Assembly (NCBI GenBank): GCA_051362555.1
Contig: CM120647.1
Span: 5,146,001 to 5,210,000 of the forward strand
Source of the DNA: Lingula anatina
Lineage: Eukaryota > Animalia > Brachiopoda
Reading direction: 5' to 3'
DNA: 64,000 nucleotides
Part shown: positions 12,016 to 25,600 of the stretch, one piece after another
Numbering within the stretch: the first letter of the stretch is position 1
Layout of the letters: every line of letters begins with the position of its first letter
Program-made: the position numbers and the translations under genes
Notes under the pieces: model-generated
Database searches by the model: none
Told to the model about the DNA's origin: nothing
What the model saw: the letters and a program-made list of their open reading frames with translations, nothing else

Positions 12016-14324
12016 GTAGCAGGACCGTTAGTCTTCTCTCGGGCTCCCTGAAACATTACGTAGGATTTAAGTAGAACATTTTGACGAGTACCACGCACCA
12101 AACATTGACCATCCTCAACTGTTTACGGGAGTTTAAAGTTTGAATCATATAGGGACTAAAACACCCTTATAATAATACAATTGGCGATAAGATTAATGAT
12201 AACTGAGATTATTGAACTTTGCCTAATTCATTAAGAACATTTTATGTTTATACACTACATTATAATGTAGTCCAGTGTAGTCCAGTAATTCTACAATTAT
12301 TTCAGTTCTTTCCTTCGTCAAAAACTACAAATACCGGCCATTCAATTGAATTCAATTAACGGAGTTGGTGTCCAATCTCAGTCCACACGTTTTCGCTTTA
12401 ATTGCAGTCAAGGCTCTCCGGTATAATTCGAAACTAATCAATATCATGTTCTTCATAACTGTTGTTGTCTGGGTTTCATGGTGTGTTTTCTTAGAAGAAG
12501 GATTTTAAACAGTCACCAGTGCATGAACCTCAGGTAAAGGCTGCCTAAGGCAACATACCGCTCCAGCACAGGGGCGGGGTACACACTGATAACAATCATT
12601 TTAAGGCATGGTTTCAGATTGTTTGGCAAATGGTAACGAGCGCTTTTAATAAGAGTTTGCAATCTGCAGTAAGAAGTGCCTTTAAACAGTGTTTAGACAT
12701 TTGCTTTTAATGAGTTTAAAACCATGCAGGCCTACCCAACTACCAGACTCGGCACCGAATGATCCAGAATTCACCGGTAAATCGGAACACACTACCAGTT
12801 TTCAAGGTGTGTATCAGTACGCATTTCACAGTATCAGACGCGACACCGCTCTTGCCTAGTACGCGATGTGATAGTGACGATTCTCAGCGGGGTTGAAAAG
12901 CATTGCATCACCACTTAAAATTTGTTCAGGGTATGCTACTGTGTAATGCGATCTGACAGAAAACACAGTGAAACATTGGATTTGAGGGGGTGCCTCTTAT
13001 AAATTTTACTAAATGGCATAAAATGTGTATATTTTCATCACTATTTTGTATTTGTTTTAACCCTTAATCATGTTAGACACGGTATCTGGAATAAAAAGCA
13101 CTATTTCTAACAATTTACGGCTGTGAAGTGATCTTTTGTAACTAAAAGGTCATGGAAATGGGGGTGGGACAACCTTTTTGACCAATGTTGTATGATAATG
13201 TATGTTCAGGGTCATTTTTTTGCAGCGTTCCGATATATATTTTTGTGATTCAGTCATGGTTATTTAAACAAGTGATGTAAGATTTTTTTTCATATAGGTA
13301 TTTAAACTTTAACTCAAGGGGCTTGGTGTCGTGGCAAATACTAGGTTACGTATGTTCCCCAGTAAAAAATATCAAAAAAGATTAAGGCAAAAAAAAAAAA
13401 TAAATAAATAAAATAAATAAAATTAAATTAAATTTAAAAAAAATGTGATTCCATGATTGTTTGGCATTTCTGGTATAGTAGTTGGATCATGAGGGAAAAT
13501 AGGTATTGCTTATTTTACTGTGGGTACAGTGCATCTTCCTTTTTTAACATTCAGTGACAAGCAAACTAAAGTCTCTCAAAAGCAATTAACTGCTCTATAT
13601 GGAAGGTTTTTTTATTCTTTTTCAACATTATACTTGAGGGAGTTGAATCAAAGAACAAAACCAGTGATGATTGCATTTAAAGTGAATAAAAGGTTTCATA
13701 GCTGGACGTTTTGTCAGTTGTCAGTTCTTTTTGGGGATAGACGATGAATTTTTTTTTTTTTTCATGCTTCCAACAGAGTGATACTTTGATACATACTTTT
13801 TCATGTGGGACCCTAAAATAATTAAACTTAGTTTGCAATCTGTGCATTAAATGTTTTCAAGAGCATGCCTGTGACCTCAATTGCACCTCTATGTTGAATG
13901 TGGGTGCTAAGCGCCATTATGTTTTCCCGCATCTTATCTGTAAGGTGCCAATTAGTCCATAAGCTGAGCCTTAACATATTCTTCCTTAAGCAAAACCGAT
14001 CAAGAGAATTTAACCCATGAAACTGGAAACGGTTTTAAACAACTGCTTCCCATTCTGTTGGTAAAGTTGACCGCATGACGCTTTAAAAAAAAAATGAAGA
14101 ATAATATATAATTTTTGGAGAAATGGACGCCAATATCAATTGTTTCCTTTTGGGAGGGGGGTGAAAATTGATTATTTTCTGGTGTTGTTTTGGTGACAAA
14201 AGATAACACAGAAGATCGCACATTTTTTTCAATGAACTCCAAGATGAAGAGATAAGAGTTTATTCAGCCATTAATATATAAATATAAAAATTCATATAAA
14301 ACGGAAATTGGACTGTTATTCGGG

Positions 14325-14580
14325 TTACAAATTAAATGTCATAAAATGACACTGAACCTGCCATTTCTGAACAGAAAAGGGCGGTAGGTCATGTGGATGT
14401 GCATTCAGTGGAACCGATCTTAAGTCCGAGTTGTTGGCAATGTCGTACCTAGCGTAAAATTCATTCAGCTTGTGGGGAAGTGCTGTGTCGTCGTCACTCA
14501 GTACGTGTGTTGGACTTTTGTATTTAGTGGGTGATGACATGTTTGACCATAGCTGTCTTATGTTATTGGTTTTGTCTGTT
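14325..14580 (-). mobile_element. LINE fragment, Rex1/Babar-like region upstream of RT
   Basis: ALPHKLNEFYARYD resembles the LPD.LN.FYARF motif of Rex1-type LINEs. Short and truncated. Confidence 0.55.
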
Positions 14581-14929
14581 TTTGGATATCCCTAGAATAA
14601 TACCACTACTACTATTACTACTAATAATAAAAAAACAATTGTATTAACGTCTCTTGTTAATAAAATAAAATAAAATAAAACCCACCTTACCAAGGGTTAT
14701 GAGAGACTAGAACCTGTGGTACTACATTTAAAATCCATATATTTTTTTAAAAGTACAACTTATCAATTAAACACATAAAAAGGACATTATATATAAAACT
14801 TTTCAAACACACTTTATTGTTAGCTTTGCTTCTTTTCCACAACACTGTGTGTACTTGTCTTGCTGTATAAAATTGTATTTGGTCGTTTTGCATAATAAAT
14901 ATAAACGTTTCATACCCATTAAAAGCATT

Positions 14930-15431
14930 CAAATGTCCGTCTATTTGAATGACAAGGTTAAGGTGTTCAGGGTGGTAGAGGATACGTCATGGTCTGGGGC
15001 GGTTTCTCATATGAAGAAAAATTGCCACTGTACGTCATTTAAGGGAGGTTCACCGGTCAACGATATGGGGACGAAATTCTGTTGAGGCGCATTCAACCAT
15101 ACATTCTAACAAATCCAGCATTTTGGTGCAGGTCAAAGCGCCCATTCACAAAACACGGGTCATGGAAGACGCGCTGCAACAGCATGGCATCTCCGTTATG
15201 GATTGGATGGCATATTCACCAGATGTCAATGTAATAGAACATGCTTGGTTTATGATTGGCAGAGCAGTAAATGAGAGACAACCTCCAGTGAGAAACATTA
15301 GAGAACTAAAGCAGGCTGTGATTGAAGAATGGGACCGGCTCCCAATGCAAGATTTACATAATTTGGTTGCAAGTTGCAGGAGACGACGTGAAGCTGTTGT
15401 TCAGAACCAGGGAGGACACACCCGATATTGA
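14930..15431 (+). mobile_element. Tc1-family DDE transposase, degenerate C-terminal half
   Basis: WGG motif region, then MDWMAYSPDVNVIEHAW (W.A.SPDLNPIEH.W) and ELKQAVIEEWDRLP...LVAS.RRR.EAV....GGHTRY*. Confidence 0.9.
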
Positions 15432-16410
15432 CTCCATAATAGAAGATTAATCATCTGTTATCTACAGTCTTTTTTTATTTAAACCAATTCTTAATTGATT
15501 GAATCGTAAATCTTATTTTTTTATGATCCTATGCTTTACTCAATTGATAAAGGCCACCGGCCCATAGCAAATACATCAACTGACTCTAGTGAATACCGTC
15601 AACTTGGAGGCGTTGTACGGGGAAATTCTTCCTGGGGCGCTTCCATATTTGGAAGTCACAATTTTTGTACGTCACAGCCATTGGATATATATTTTTCTTT
15701 TGGAAACTTTATTTATTGTTCACTTTACATCTTAAAAATAGCAAATAAAATTAAATAAAGCAGAATTAAATCTGTTTTACGGTTCAATTTGGTCTAATAA
15801 CATTTAACTGCAGATTCTCTGCAGAGCAGTTCTTTTTGATTGACGGAAATTGTACACGGTTGCTGTTCTTTAGAGTCACTGTTGAAGACCGATTCACAGT
15901 GACTCTGACACTCAGGGCACATAACGTGGACAAACTAGTAAAATGCTTCTTATCTTTAATTTCGTAAATAATTTTCTCTAAGCAATATTTACACAACCTA
16001 TCTATTTTTTTGTAAATTTTCATGTCTACTGGTTTCTATTGCAAGTCTATGATTTGAAGCTCTGAATCTTGAAAATGCTATTCTGTGTTTCATAATATTT
16101 ACATCAAATAAACAATTTAGGTTCTAACAAACTCTTAAACAATGCATAGTTTTAAAAAAAGTTTGGACTATTTTGTATACTTTCAACCCAATTTTGTCTA
16201 GCACAGTCCTTCAGGTTTAGTAAAATTGGCTTACAAAGGTATTTATATCACGATATAAACACATGTGCTATCCATGCATAACCAAAACCATACATATAAA
16301 TTATTTGTTTTACTTTAGTCACCCAGTGAGTCCTTCCATGTTCATGTAGTGTACGCAACATATTATAGCAAGCTCTGCAAAATGTACTGAAACATTTTAG
16401 TGCTCAATAA

Positions 16411-16469
<59 letters not shown>
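16411..16469. repeat. (ATT)n microsatellite
   Basis: Direct reading. Confidence 0.95.
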
Positions 16470-16471
<2 letters not shown>

Positions 16472-16559
16472 CAGGATAATCATGGTTTTCTCTTCTTGCT
16501 GTGCTAGGGTACTTTTAGCTTTGCTCCAGGACTAGAAAGCAGAGCATACCAGCCCTAAG

Positions 16560-17780
16560 TACTTATAGTGGCTAACAATTTCTACCTCCTTATTATTTAG
16601 GAACCATTTTTCATGTTTATTTAAATAACCACCTCGTCTGAATACGATGATTTTTGTTTTATCTTCGTTGATCATCATGCCATATTTTTTTCAGAATTTT
16701 TCTAATTTTACCATAAGCTTTTGCAAGCTACCAACCGTGTCACTTATCTCTACTGCATCATCCGCAAAGAGAAAATGTGAGATGCTAGGTGCATCTTCAT
16801 TTACCAAAAATGACTTTGCAGCTTTCATCATTTCTTAACATATGAACAAATTCATTAAGAAATAGAGAAAACATAAATGGACTTGACACGCAGCCTTGTT
16901 TGGTGCCTATGGTACAATCAAAATAATCAGATATACCATCTTTCATCTGTATACTTGTCTTTAATTGTTTATACATAGATTGGATGACTTTGACTATCTT
17001 TGTATTAACCTAGTTTTTCAATAAAACATATATTAATAATGTATGGTCAACGCAATCAAAGGCTTTAGCAAAGTCAATGAAAATACAGTAGCATCTTCCT
17101 CTCTGTTTTTGTAAGATGCTTCTGTATTAGGGCTTACAATGTGAAGCAATTATCTATTATACTATAGCCTTTCCTAAACCCACTTTGTTCTTCACAAAAC
17201 TTACTTGTATCTTCTGCCAATTTTACTTATCTTTCATTAAGGACTTTTGTAAATATTTTCTCCACTACGTTTAATAGAGAAATACCTCTGTAATTATTTG
17301 GATCTTTTTTGTTACCTTCTTTATAGATTGGGCATATAATAGCCTCTCCCCATTTTGCTGGGAAGACCCCAGTTTGCATAACTTGGTTATATAATGAACA
17401 TAAACAGGGGACAAGCATGTCACTATGTTTAAACATCTCGACCACTAAGCCATCAGGTCCTCCCGATTTATTATTTTTCATTTACCTCATTGCAGCAATT
17501 ATTTCTTTATTTTTTTTTTTTATTTTTCATCTTCTAAATTATCAATGTCTTCATTTTCAAATGTTTCCAGATTATCAATAAGCTGTTTAGCTTCATTTTT
17601 GAACACGGGATCAATAGGGTGCTTAGCTATTTCTAACAAAGACCGAAAATGTTGAAGCCAAGTGTCTGCTTATATGTTATTTCCCACTGCTTTTGAAAAA
17701 GTATACTCTTTTGGCCGATCCCAGATTTCATTTGGAGAGCTAGGGTCCTTAAACAGGTCCTCCGTATAAGCTACTTTAAT
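16560..17780 (-). mobile_element. Non-LTR retrotransposon reverse transcriptase remnant (RTE-X/L2-like)
   Basis: KSGGPDGL, PIYKEGNKKDPNNYRGISLL, FIDFAKAFD, KQGC..SP, LFADD and KTKIIVFRRGG appear in order on the minus strand, with stops and frameshifts. Confidence 0.9.
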
Positions 17781-18844
17781 GAGCACGTTCGTTTTGCTGT
17801 GTGAGCATACATCTTATTGCAATAAACTGTGGTGCCCATTTCATTACCAGACTACTCAGCTTGACTTAGGTATTTATTAAATATAAAAAATACGCATAAC
17901 CTCAATACCAACTGCACTATTTGTCGTAATAGAAGAATCCTTTGAAAAAAACTTTGGTGTTGCTTAATTTTTGAGCATAAGCGTGATAACCAAAATTAAG
18001 AATTAATCATCGAAACTGTCGGGTGAAACATTATCAAAGAATTTCTGGTAGTCTCTTTGCCTTCTAGCAAGCACTTGCCTTTTGTCAGTTATTATTTATT
18101 TGTCATCAACAACTTCCCAGGGTACCCTGTTGCGCCTCTGGCTCTTTATATCCAACTTTCCTATTTGTTTCCAGAATTCGCAATAATTATGTTGACTTTC
18201 AAAGCAGAGTCGACTTATTTCATTCTGTTTATCCCTTTGGTGTTTACTTTATAGCTTTTTAAACTTTCTGTCGAAAGTTATCCTTCGATCACAAACTTTT
18301 TCTTTTTACCTCCTTTTCTTTTTACCTCCTTTTTCCACTGACTCTGCAGATGACTGTTCCAATATTGTTTATACTTTTATTTATTTATTTATTTATTTAT
18401 TTATTCGTGGGGATGTTCCTAAAGTTGTCTCATGCTAGTTCATCCATTGAAAACATTGAAGACTACCTAGTCACCCTGTGGATTTCTATGGGTACAAACT
18501 TGACTGGTTAAGCCAAAGCGCTTGTAAAAATGCAGTGGAGTAAAACCGTTGACTTAAAAATGTAATTTTTTGCCTGCCTCTGACACGCTTGTGTAAGTTC
18601 AACAGGATATCTGCTGGGATATCTTTTTACACCCTCTTGATTCTCGAAAACGTTATAGGATAACTCAAATGCTACAATCTACATGTATGTTTATATGCTG
18701 CTGTCACATTGTGCGCATTTATATAAACACATGTACTTTTCCATGATGAAGTTTAATAAATGGATGGGGAAATCATGCATTTGTTTACAAGTGTTGTCAA
18801 AAACAATTCGAATTTCTCTTTAAAAAATCAATCTTAAACCAATT

Positions 18845-19200
18845 GATTGTGACGTTACATCCAAGCAATATCAGAAATGAACTTTTATGACAATAAGAAA
18901 CACCACGTACACTGTACTCTTCTATAGTATACCCTGACCTGAAAGATGACCGTCATTTTTACAATGACAACAGCGACTAATGGAAACACACAGCTTGAAA
19001 ATCAATACTAGTTGACGGTTTATTTGTATTTTATGCGGGTATCAATTTACAGGTGGTAAAACCGCAGACCAATCCACAGTAATAATTTTGTCTTAATTCC
19101 CCTTGGTCTCTGCGATTATAAAATTATGGCTATATTTTAAAATGATTTAAACATTCTTATATGCTGCATATAAATAAAATCATCATTCAATCATCAAATA
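18845..19200 (+). promoter_or_regulatory. Putative proximal promoter of copy B: TGACGTTAC, TAATGG, GCM-type ATGCGGGT (19033-19040), TATA-like motifs at ~19117 and ~19168
   Basis: Lies 100-450 bp upstream of the signal-peptide ATG, and its motifs are retained among diverged copies of the module. TSS unknown. Confidence 0.45.
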
Positions 19201-19303
19201 TTATTATTATTATTTTTTTAACAGCGAATCTAACTGTTAATCTAGATTTATGAATTACTACGACTCTGTTCTTTTTTGTGTTGCAGAATTGATTTCATCT
19301 ACG

Positions 19304-19361
19304 ATGTGGTCACTGCAATTCTACATCATCGCATTGTTTCTGTTCGACAGTCCAGTAACCG
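19304..19361 (+). CDS. Exon 1: signal peptide MWSLQFYIIALFLFDSPVT(G)
   Basis: Hydrophobic core and phase-1 GTATGT donor. An in-frame upstream ATG (19250) and an acceptor at 19286 leave the 5' end uncertain. Confidence 0.78.
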
Positions 19362-19647
19362 GTATGTATACCCATGATTCATGGCAAACAAAGGAAAAAG
19401 AACTTTGATATAGCAAAGGTTATCTATGCCTCCTCCGAGACAATTTACCAAAACTATTTACTTCACCAACCACAAAAATTAATTTAAAAAATGTTGAGGA
19501 ATTATTGTTTGTTATTGTTATTATTGAGAATTGGCCAATTAATCTCGCTTTTTACACCACCAGTGAATAACATAGGGAAAGCATTTGCTTTGTAGGCATA
19601 GGTCTACTTATATTTACGTATATATATATATATATCTCAGGAATTAG

Positions 19648-19706
<59 letters not shown>

Positions 19707-22277
19707 CAGTATTCAACAAGCCAAAAGAATCATGTTTCGAGACTGCCAATTATCTAATGTTAGAAAAACTACATATTGGGTCCTCTGGTGACAGATATCC
19801 ACATTTGTACATTCAATTTGATTTTATAACACGCTTTCAATCACTCTAACGGTCTGTGTGTATTGTTTAATTAAAAAAATCAGAGCGTCATCCATGATTT
19901 TCCATTTCTATTACAAAATCAGCAAACGAAAAGTGAAAAGCTTGTCCATGGATTGTACAAATCTGTTATAAAAGTGTTCAAGATGATCGCCTGGAAAATA
20001 TTAACAGTTACTGTATACAGTACGACCCATCTCAACGTCAAGATTAGTTTGATATAACAACTTGCCAGTATGAAACAAGAAACTGCACAAATGAAAATAG
20101 ATGGTTGTGCACTATTTGTTTGGAATTCTGTTTTATATTTATGCTGTAAAATTACGTGATTTTAATTTACTCAATAATATCTAATGTTGTATAATAACTT
20201 TACATTATTCTTCTACCAGAGGGATTTTTCAATTAAAGAGACAGTTATTTTGTTTTCATTTTACTTATCTTTTCGCTTGAGTTAATGAGGAGACAAAAAT
20301 AGCTATACCATTCCAGGGTCGCACTTCAGATATGCCACAGTCAGCTGTAGGCCCGCTCTGGATAACGCTTTAGTTGGTAAGTTGGACGTTTTTGTTCTCA
20401 GGAATTAGTCAGTTGTTAATAAAACTCATTTTGGCCTGATGAATTGTGGGTTTCTTTAAACATGTAATGATCACTGAAGATACGATGGGCAAGCGTCTGT
20501 TCGTGGAGACAAAAACAATGTTACCTTTGCGCAGTGATGGCATTCCACATACGATGCAAATATAGTTTAAGAAATAATTTCCAAGGATATCCTACACATT
20601 CCTAATGGGGTTCTCATCTAGGGCTGGAGCCGATCGACCAATATGGATCCGGATCTGGTTTGCATATGAACAGCCTACTGTTGCATCGACTGTGCGTGGA
20701 GTAACATTGTCATAATGAAGCATCAATAAGTAGTCTTGGTTCCCAAAGATATTGTCAACAGATTTCCTTAAATCCCTTTCCAGTACTTGGATGCATGGGT
20801 CTGTGTTAAGGTTCCTGTTGACCACTGCCAGCTGGCCTACACCATAGTAGCCACAACACCCCATGCATGTTTTGCAATGTTGTTTTGTGTGTCCTGTCAA
20901 CCAGTAGCAGAAAATTGAAAATAAATTGCTTATCCGCTATTCTCTAAACCATTGCGTGTCCATACATTCTGACAACGCTTAAACTTCCCTCAGCTGGTAA
21001 AAGTATTATTGCCAAGTTATAAGTTGGTGTCTATGTCTCATTTTTGGTACACCATCCCATTCGACGTAGACAGTTCTAGAAATAAAATCGACTCTGCAAA
21101 TGTTGGTACTAATATCTTTATAACTAATCTGAGTCCTTTCCTTTGATTTAAGTGACCTGTTCTTGGAGATCTGCCTGGAGATTAGATTTTGGTCCTTGTG
21201 AAAAACCCTGTACGCAGGCTAATGTAGGAAACCTTTCAGTTACTTCTTCGAGTTTTGCTGATTGGCAGTGTTTCTCTGGTAAGTACAATTCACTGATGCT
21301 CATGGATCACTCACATGATTTTGACGTTGCCGAGTATAGTTTGGTCAAAGGAGAGTCCTAAGATTTGACGTCACAATAACACATTCGATAATTCTCCTTT
21401 ATCTTTAACTTTAGGCTGCGGTTTCTTTTTGAACATGGCTCCTCATCGGTATTATGTCACAGCCATAGATTCGACTGACGATTGGCAACAAGGGGAAAAT
21501 GAGTTCAGTTTCACTCTGCCACATTCTGGTGCATTTTCGTTTGGGTAGGTCTATTTCTGTTTGTCTTCCACCACCACCCAACCATAAAATGTTCAAAATG
21601 CCTTCATGCATGTACATCACTAATTGGTATACTAGTGTCTAGAGCAAACAGACAGAAGCGCACATACAACATTAATGGCAAGTTAAGTTGGTGAGTTAAA
21701 ATATTAGTGTGTCATCTATGTGAGTTTTTTTTTTTTTTTTTTTTTTTGATATTCTACAACAGGTGAAGTTGGTGACTAAAAATAAAAATGTGTCAACATT
21801 GTGCCTTTTTTGTAGGGATATTTCATTTTGTATCCTAAGGCATGTCCTCGAAGCCCTGTATCAGTAACATTTTCTTGATATTCATGACATCTTGACATCA
21901 TGATATTCAAATTGATGGTGATTATGCTGGTAGACATTATGCATTATTGCTTCAATATGGGCAAACCAAATGTTAAGATAACAGTGTGCCTTATACTAAA
22001 ATATATTGTATATAGGTAAAGCTAGATTGGTTGAAAGGGGATTTGTTGTGGGTTCTCAAATTTTTTTCTCGGCTGTTTCAAAACCATTATTACTTGATCC
22101 TGTAAGGTGACAAATCAAATAAATGGCTGTACAAAAATGTTTTACCTTTGTTGCCTTTAACCCACAAATTTCATAAGAATTGATCATAGTGCTTCTCTTA
22201 TTATAACGATTTATGTATGACAATGCTAGCAAATTGATCAAATATAGCATATTGTGGACATAAGGGAATTAAGGTTG

Positions 22278-22339
<62 letters not shown>

Positions 22340-22585
22340 ACCTGTTCAGAAAGTAGCCAAGGTTAGCGGTTGACGCAAAGTAATTAGTCACTAGGCTTAT
22401 GGAAAAGTGAGAGACCGTCTGGCGTTCATTTTCATTAGATCCACTTGTATAGTATATGGCACAGGCAAGGCCTACAGGTACTGTATGTCTGCAGTGTCCA
22501 AATATGCGAGATAGCATTCTCAGTCTGGTAGCATTTTATGTGCTATCACACCTTATATAACCCCACCCCGCCAGCAGCAAGTTTT

Positions 22586-22616
<31 letters not shown>

Positions 22617-25600
22617 TTTTTCAGAATAGGGTATGGGGAAGAAAACGCTTACTATATCAGAACCATAAAGATATATCAATGTATCATATATCGTTTTGAA
22701 CGCAAGGGATGAGGCATTAAATTTTATAAATCAAAGATGCGTGACAATAAGTCAGGGGTCATTCATAATGGATCAGAGGTCACAACAGTTTACATTTGGT
22801 TTTCTCAAAAATTAGAATCAAAAAAGTTTTTTAAAAAACATTGTTTAAATAAATATTTTTTGGTATTTGGTGAATGGTTTGGGACCATGCTCTAATATAA
22901 AGCTTATGAAGAAAATCTGGAACCTCAAGTATCTTATTTCAGAATATTATGCAATTATACGTGAACCCAACTGTCAAAATATCCCCTATTTGAAAGTGGG
23001 GGTAGGGAAAGAAAGTGGTTACTACATCAATATATAGAAATATATATCAATGGATTACATATAATAAAAGATGTAAGGGATAGGACAATCAATTCTGTTG
23101 GTCACAAATACATGACAATTAGTCAAGGGTCATTGACAATGGTGCAAATGTCAGAAGAGGTCATATGTCATGTATTTTTCATAAATTTGAGCCAACAACT
23201 GTTATCAAAATATTGCGTAAGAAATTAGAATTTGGTGAATGGATCATCAACACGTTATGGTGTTATGCTTTTGAATAAAACTACGAGCCTCAAGCATTTT
23301 TATTTTTTTTTGGGGGGGGGGAATGAGTTTACTCATGGAATGTGAAAATATTAGTCAAAATACGCCCTCTTGAATTTGGATTAGGGGAAAGAAACTGCTC
23401 ATAATTGAAAGACAGATGAAGATACAGCAACACAATTAATATTTCCTGCTTTTCGTTAGTATAGCGGAAAATCATTGCATTCACGTTTTGTGATGAAAAA
23501 GAAGGTACCTGGAGATGTTTGGGTGGATGACATAATGAGGTACAGTTATGAAAATATAGTGTATACTGCAAACTTCTATGCAGTTTTACGATATATCAAT
23601 AGGTTTCATAATTCAGACACCTGTAAACAGAGTCATGCCTCATTTGAAATAGGTCAAATTGTCAGCCAAGGTCAAATTTAAAGCTTTCTTGTGAATATGA
23701 ACCTTTTTCAGAATTTATTATTTATTTTATCATTTCTTTTATTTCTTTCTTTCTTTCTTTCTTTCCTTTTGTTTTTGCATATCAGTGGGGTCTTTCTGTA
23801 AAATGGAGTATTGGAGAAAGATAATCCTGTATCCTATATTGTAATTTGTAAGATTAAATACTGGTTATATTTTGCAAGTAAACCAATTACCCCTATCTTT
23901 TTTTTACATCTTTGTTACTACTTAATGTATAATTTTTGATTTATGGGTCAATAACACGAGGCTAGATATCACATTCAGTCACTCTTTTCCCCCAAAAGCC
24001 TATATTGTTTATTCTGATTCAGTAATCAAGGAAAAAGGGATTGTTCTTAACACTGACATGCAGGAACATAACTTTACTTAATTATTTTGTTGTACTTTTT
24101 ATTCTGTATCATTTTGACACTGTACATTGAAAATGACAAATATTCAATCTGCTTCAATATAATATCAGGAGGAGATAAAGGTAAAACAAATGCAGACCTG
24201 AAAAGTGCAACCGAGCTTTAGAGAAGAATTTTAACAAACATCTACTTTATAACATACATGCACCCTTATTGAAAAATGTTGTGACTGGAAACTATAGTTT
24301 TCATTTTCATTTTTAGTGACTGTGAACGGTTGTGTTTATAGAAAGTATTGTGTGATATGAAATAATTTATAAATATATTAATATTTAATAAAAAATATTT
24401 ATGTTTTTTTTTTTACATTTTCCAAATTCATGTTATTTCCAAAGGTTATATGGAAATTGGTGTACACGTAAATTAGATCAATTTAGTTAATATTCAAATT
24501 TATTTTATTTTTATGATAATTTACTTTCATAAGTCAATGTGGTGGACATAGGTAATTTTTAAGTTTAAAATATACACTGAAGGCTTAAATACCAGGCATT
24601 ATGATTGAATAAGAGTCTAAATATGGTTTGGGGTTCAAGAAGAGGTACAAAATAATAGGAAAGAAGGCACACCATTTGTCAGTAAGCATCCTGACCCATG
24701 ATATCCTGGATTTATCCATAGGACGATCAAGAAAACCTAGGACCTAATGACCCCCTGCACACACGCACACACACACGCTCATGTACACATACATGTTCTC
24801 ACTCAGTAGATTCAGCCCTTGTCCTTTACAAGAAGGCAGAAATGTGGCCCACGACCTAAAGATTGAGATAGGCTTCTTAACAAATATAACCACATCCTTT
24901 GACTTAAGACAAATTTGAATATTTTAATGTATTTTGTCATTTTTATCAGTTATTGGGTTGAACATTGGATACTATAAATAAGTGATATTGATACTTTAAT
25001 CTCTTCCATACTGAATTAAAATACATTCACTATTTCACTTTTTATACTGTAACCAATGTTTCGGTATTCTAAATCTGTCAATTAAGGTTTATATATAAGA
25101 AATGGAAAAATAATGTGGAAAACAATCTACTGGTGGCAGTAGAAGTTGTTGGTTGCATTCATGGTTATTTCCACCTTTCGTCCAAAACTCCTTGTGAAAC
25201 TACCTTACATACATTACTTCGGGTAACAGATACGTCGTCAGTGTTCAGTGACTAAGTTAATTAACATATACGCATGTGTCTTCTTACGGATAACGTCTTA
25301 ATCGCAATGTTGGCTTAAAAACTGAAAATCAGTTTGTTAAAATTTAACATTTAATGTCTATTTTGCCTGAGCACTCACAGTCACCATTTCAAAACCGATT
25401 TAATGACATCATTTAGTACTCCAAAAACCCAGCGATTTTTTTTTTCTTTAAAAAAGTATTAGTTAGTTTTAATCGATGATAAAGCAAATTAATGCCTTTG
25501 TTTAATGAAAATCTGTAATTAGGAGCTCATAAACCCATAATAAAACATTCAAACCAAAATGACGGCACGGGATTGTAGCCACACACTCTAGACAGCTCTG

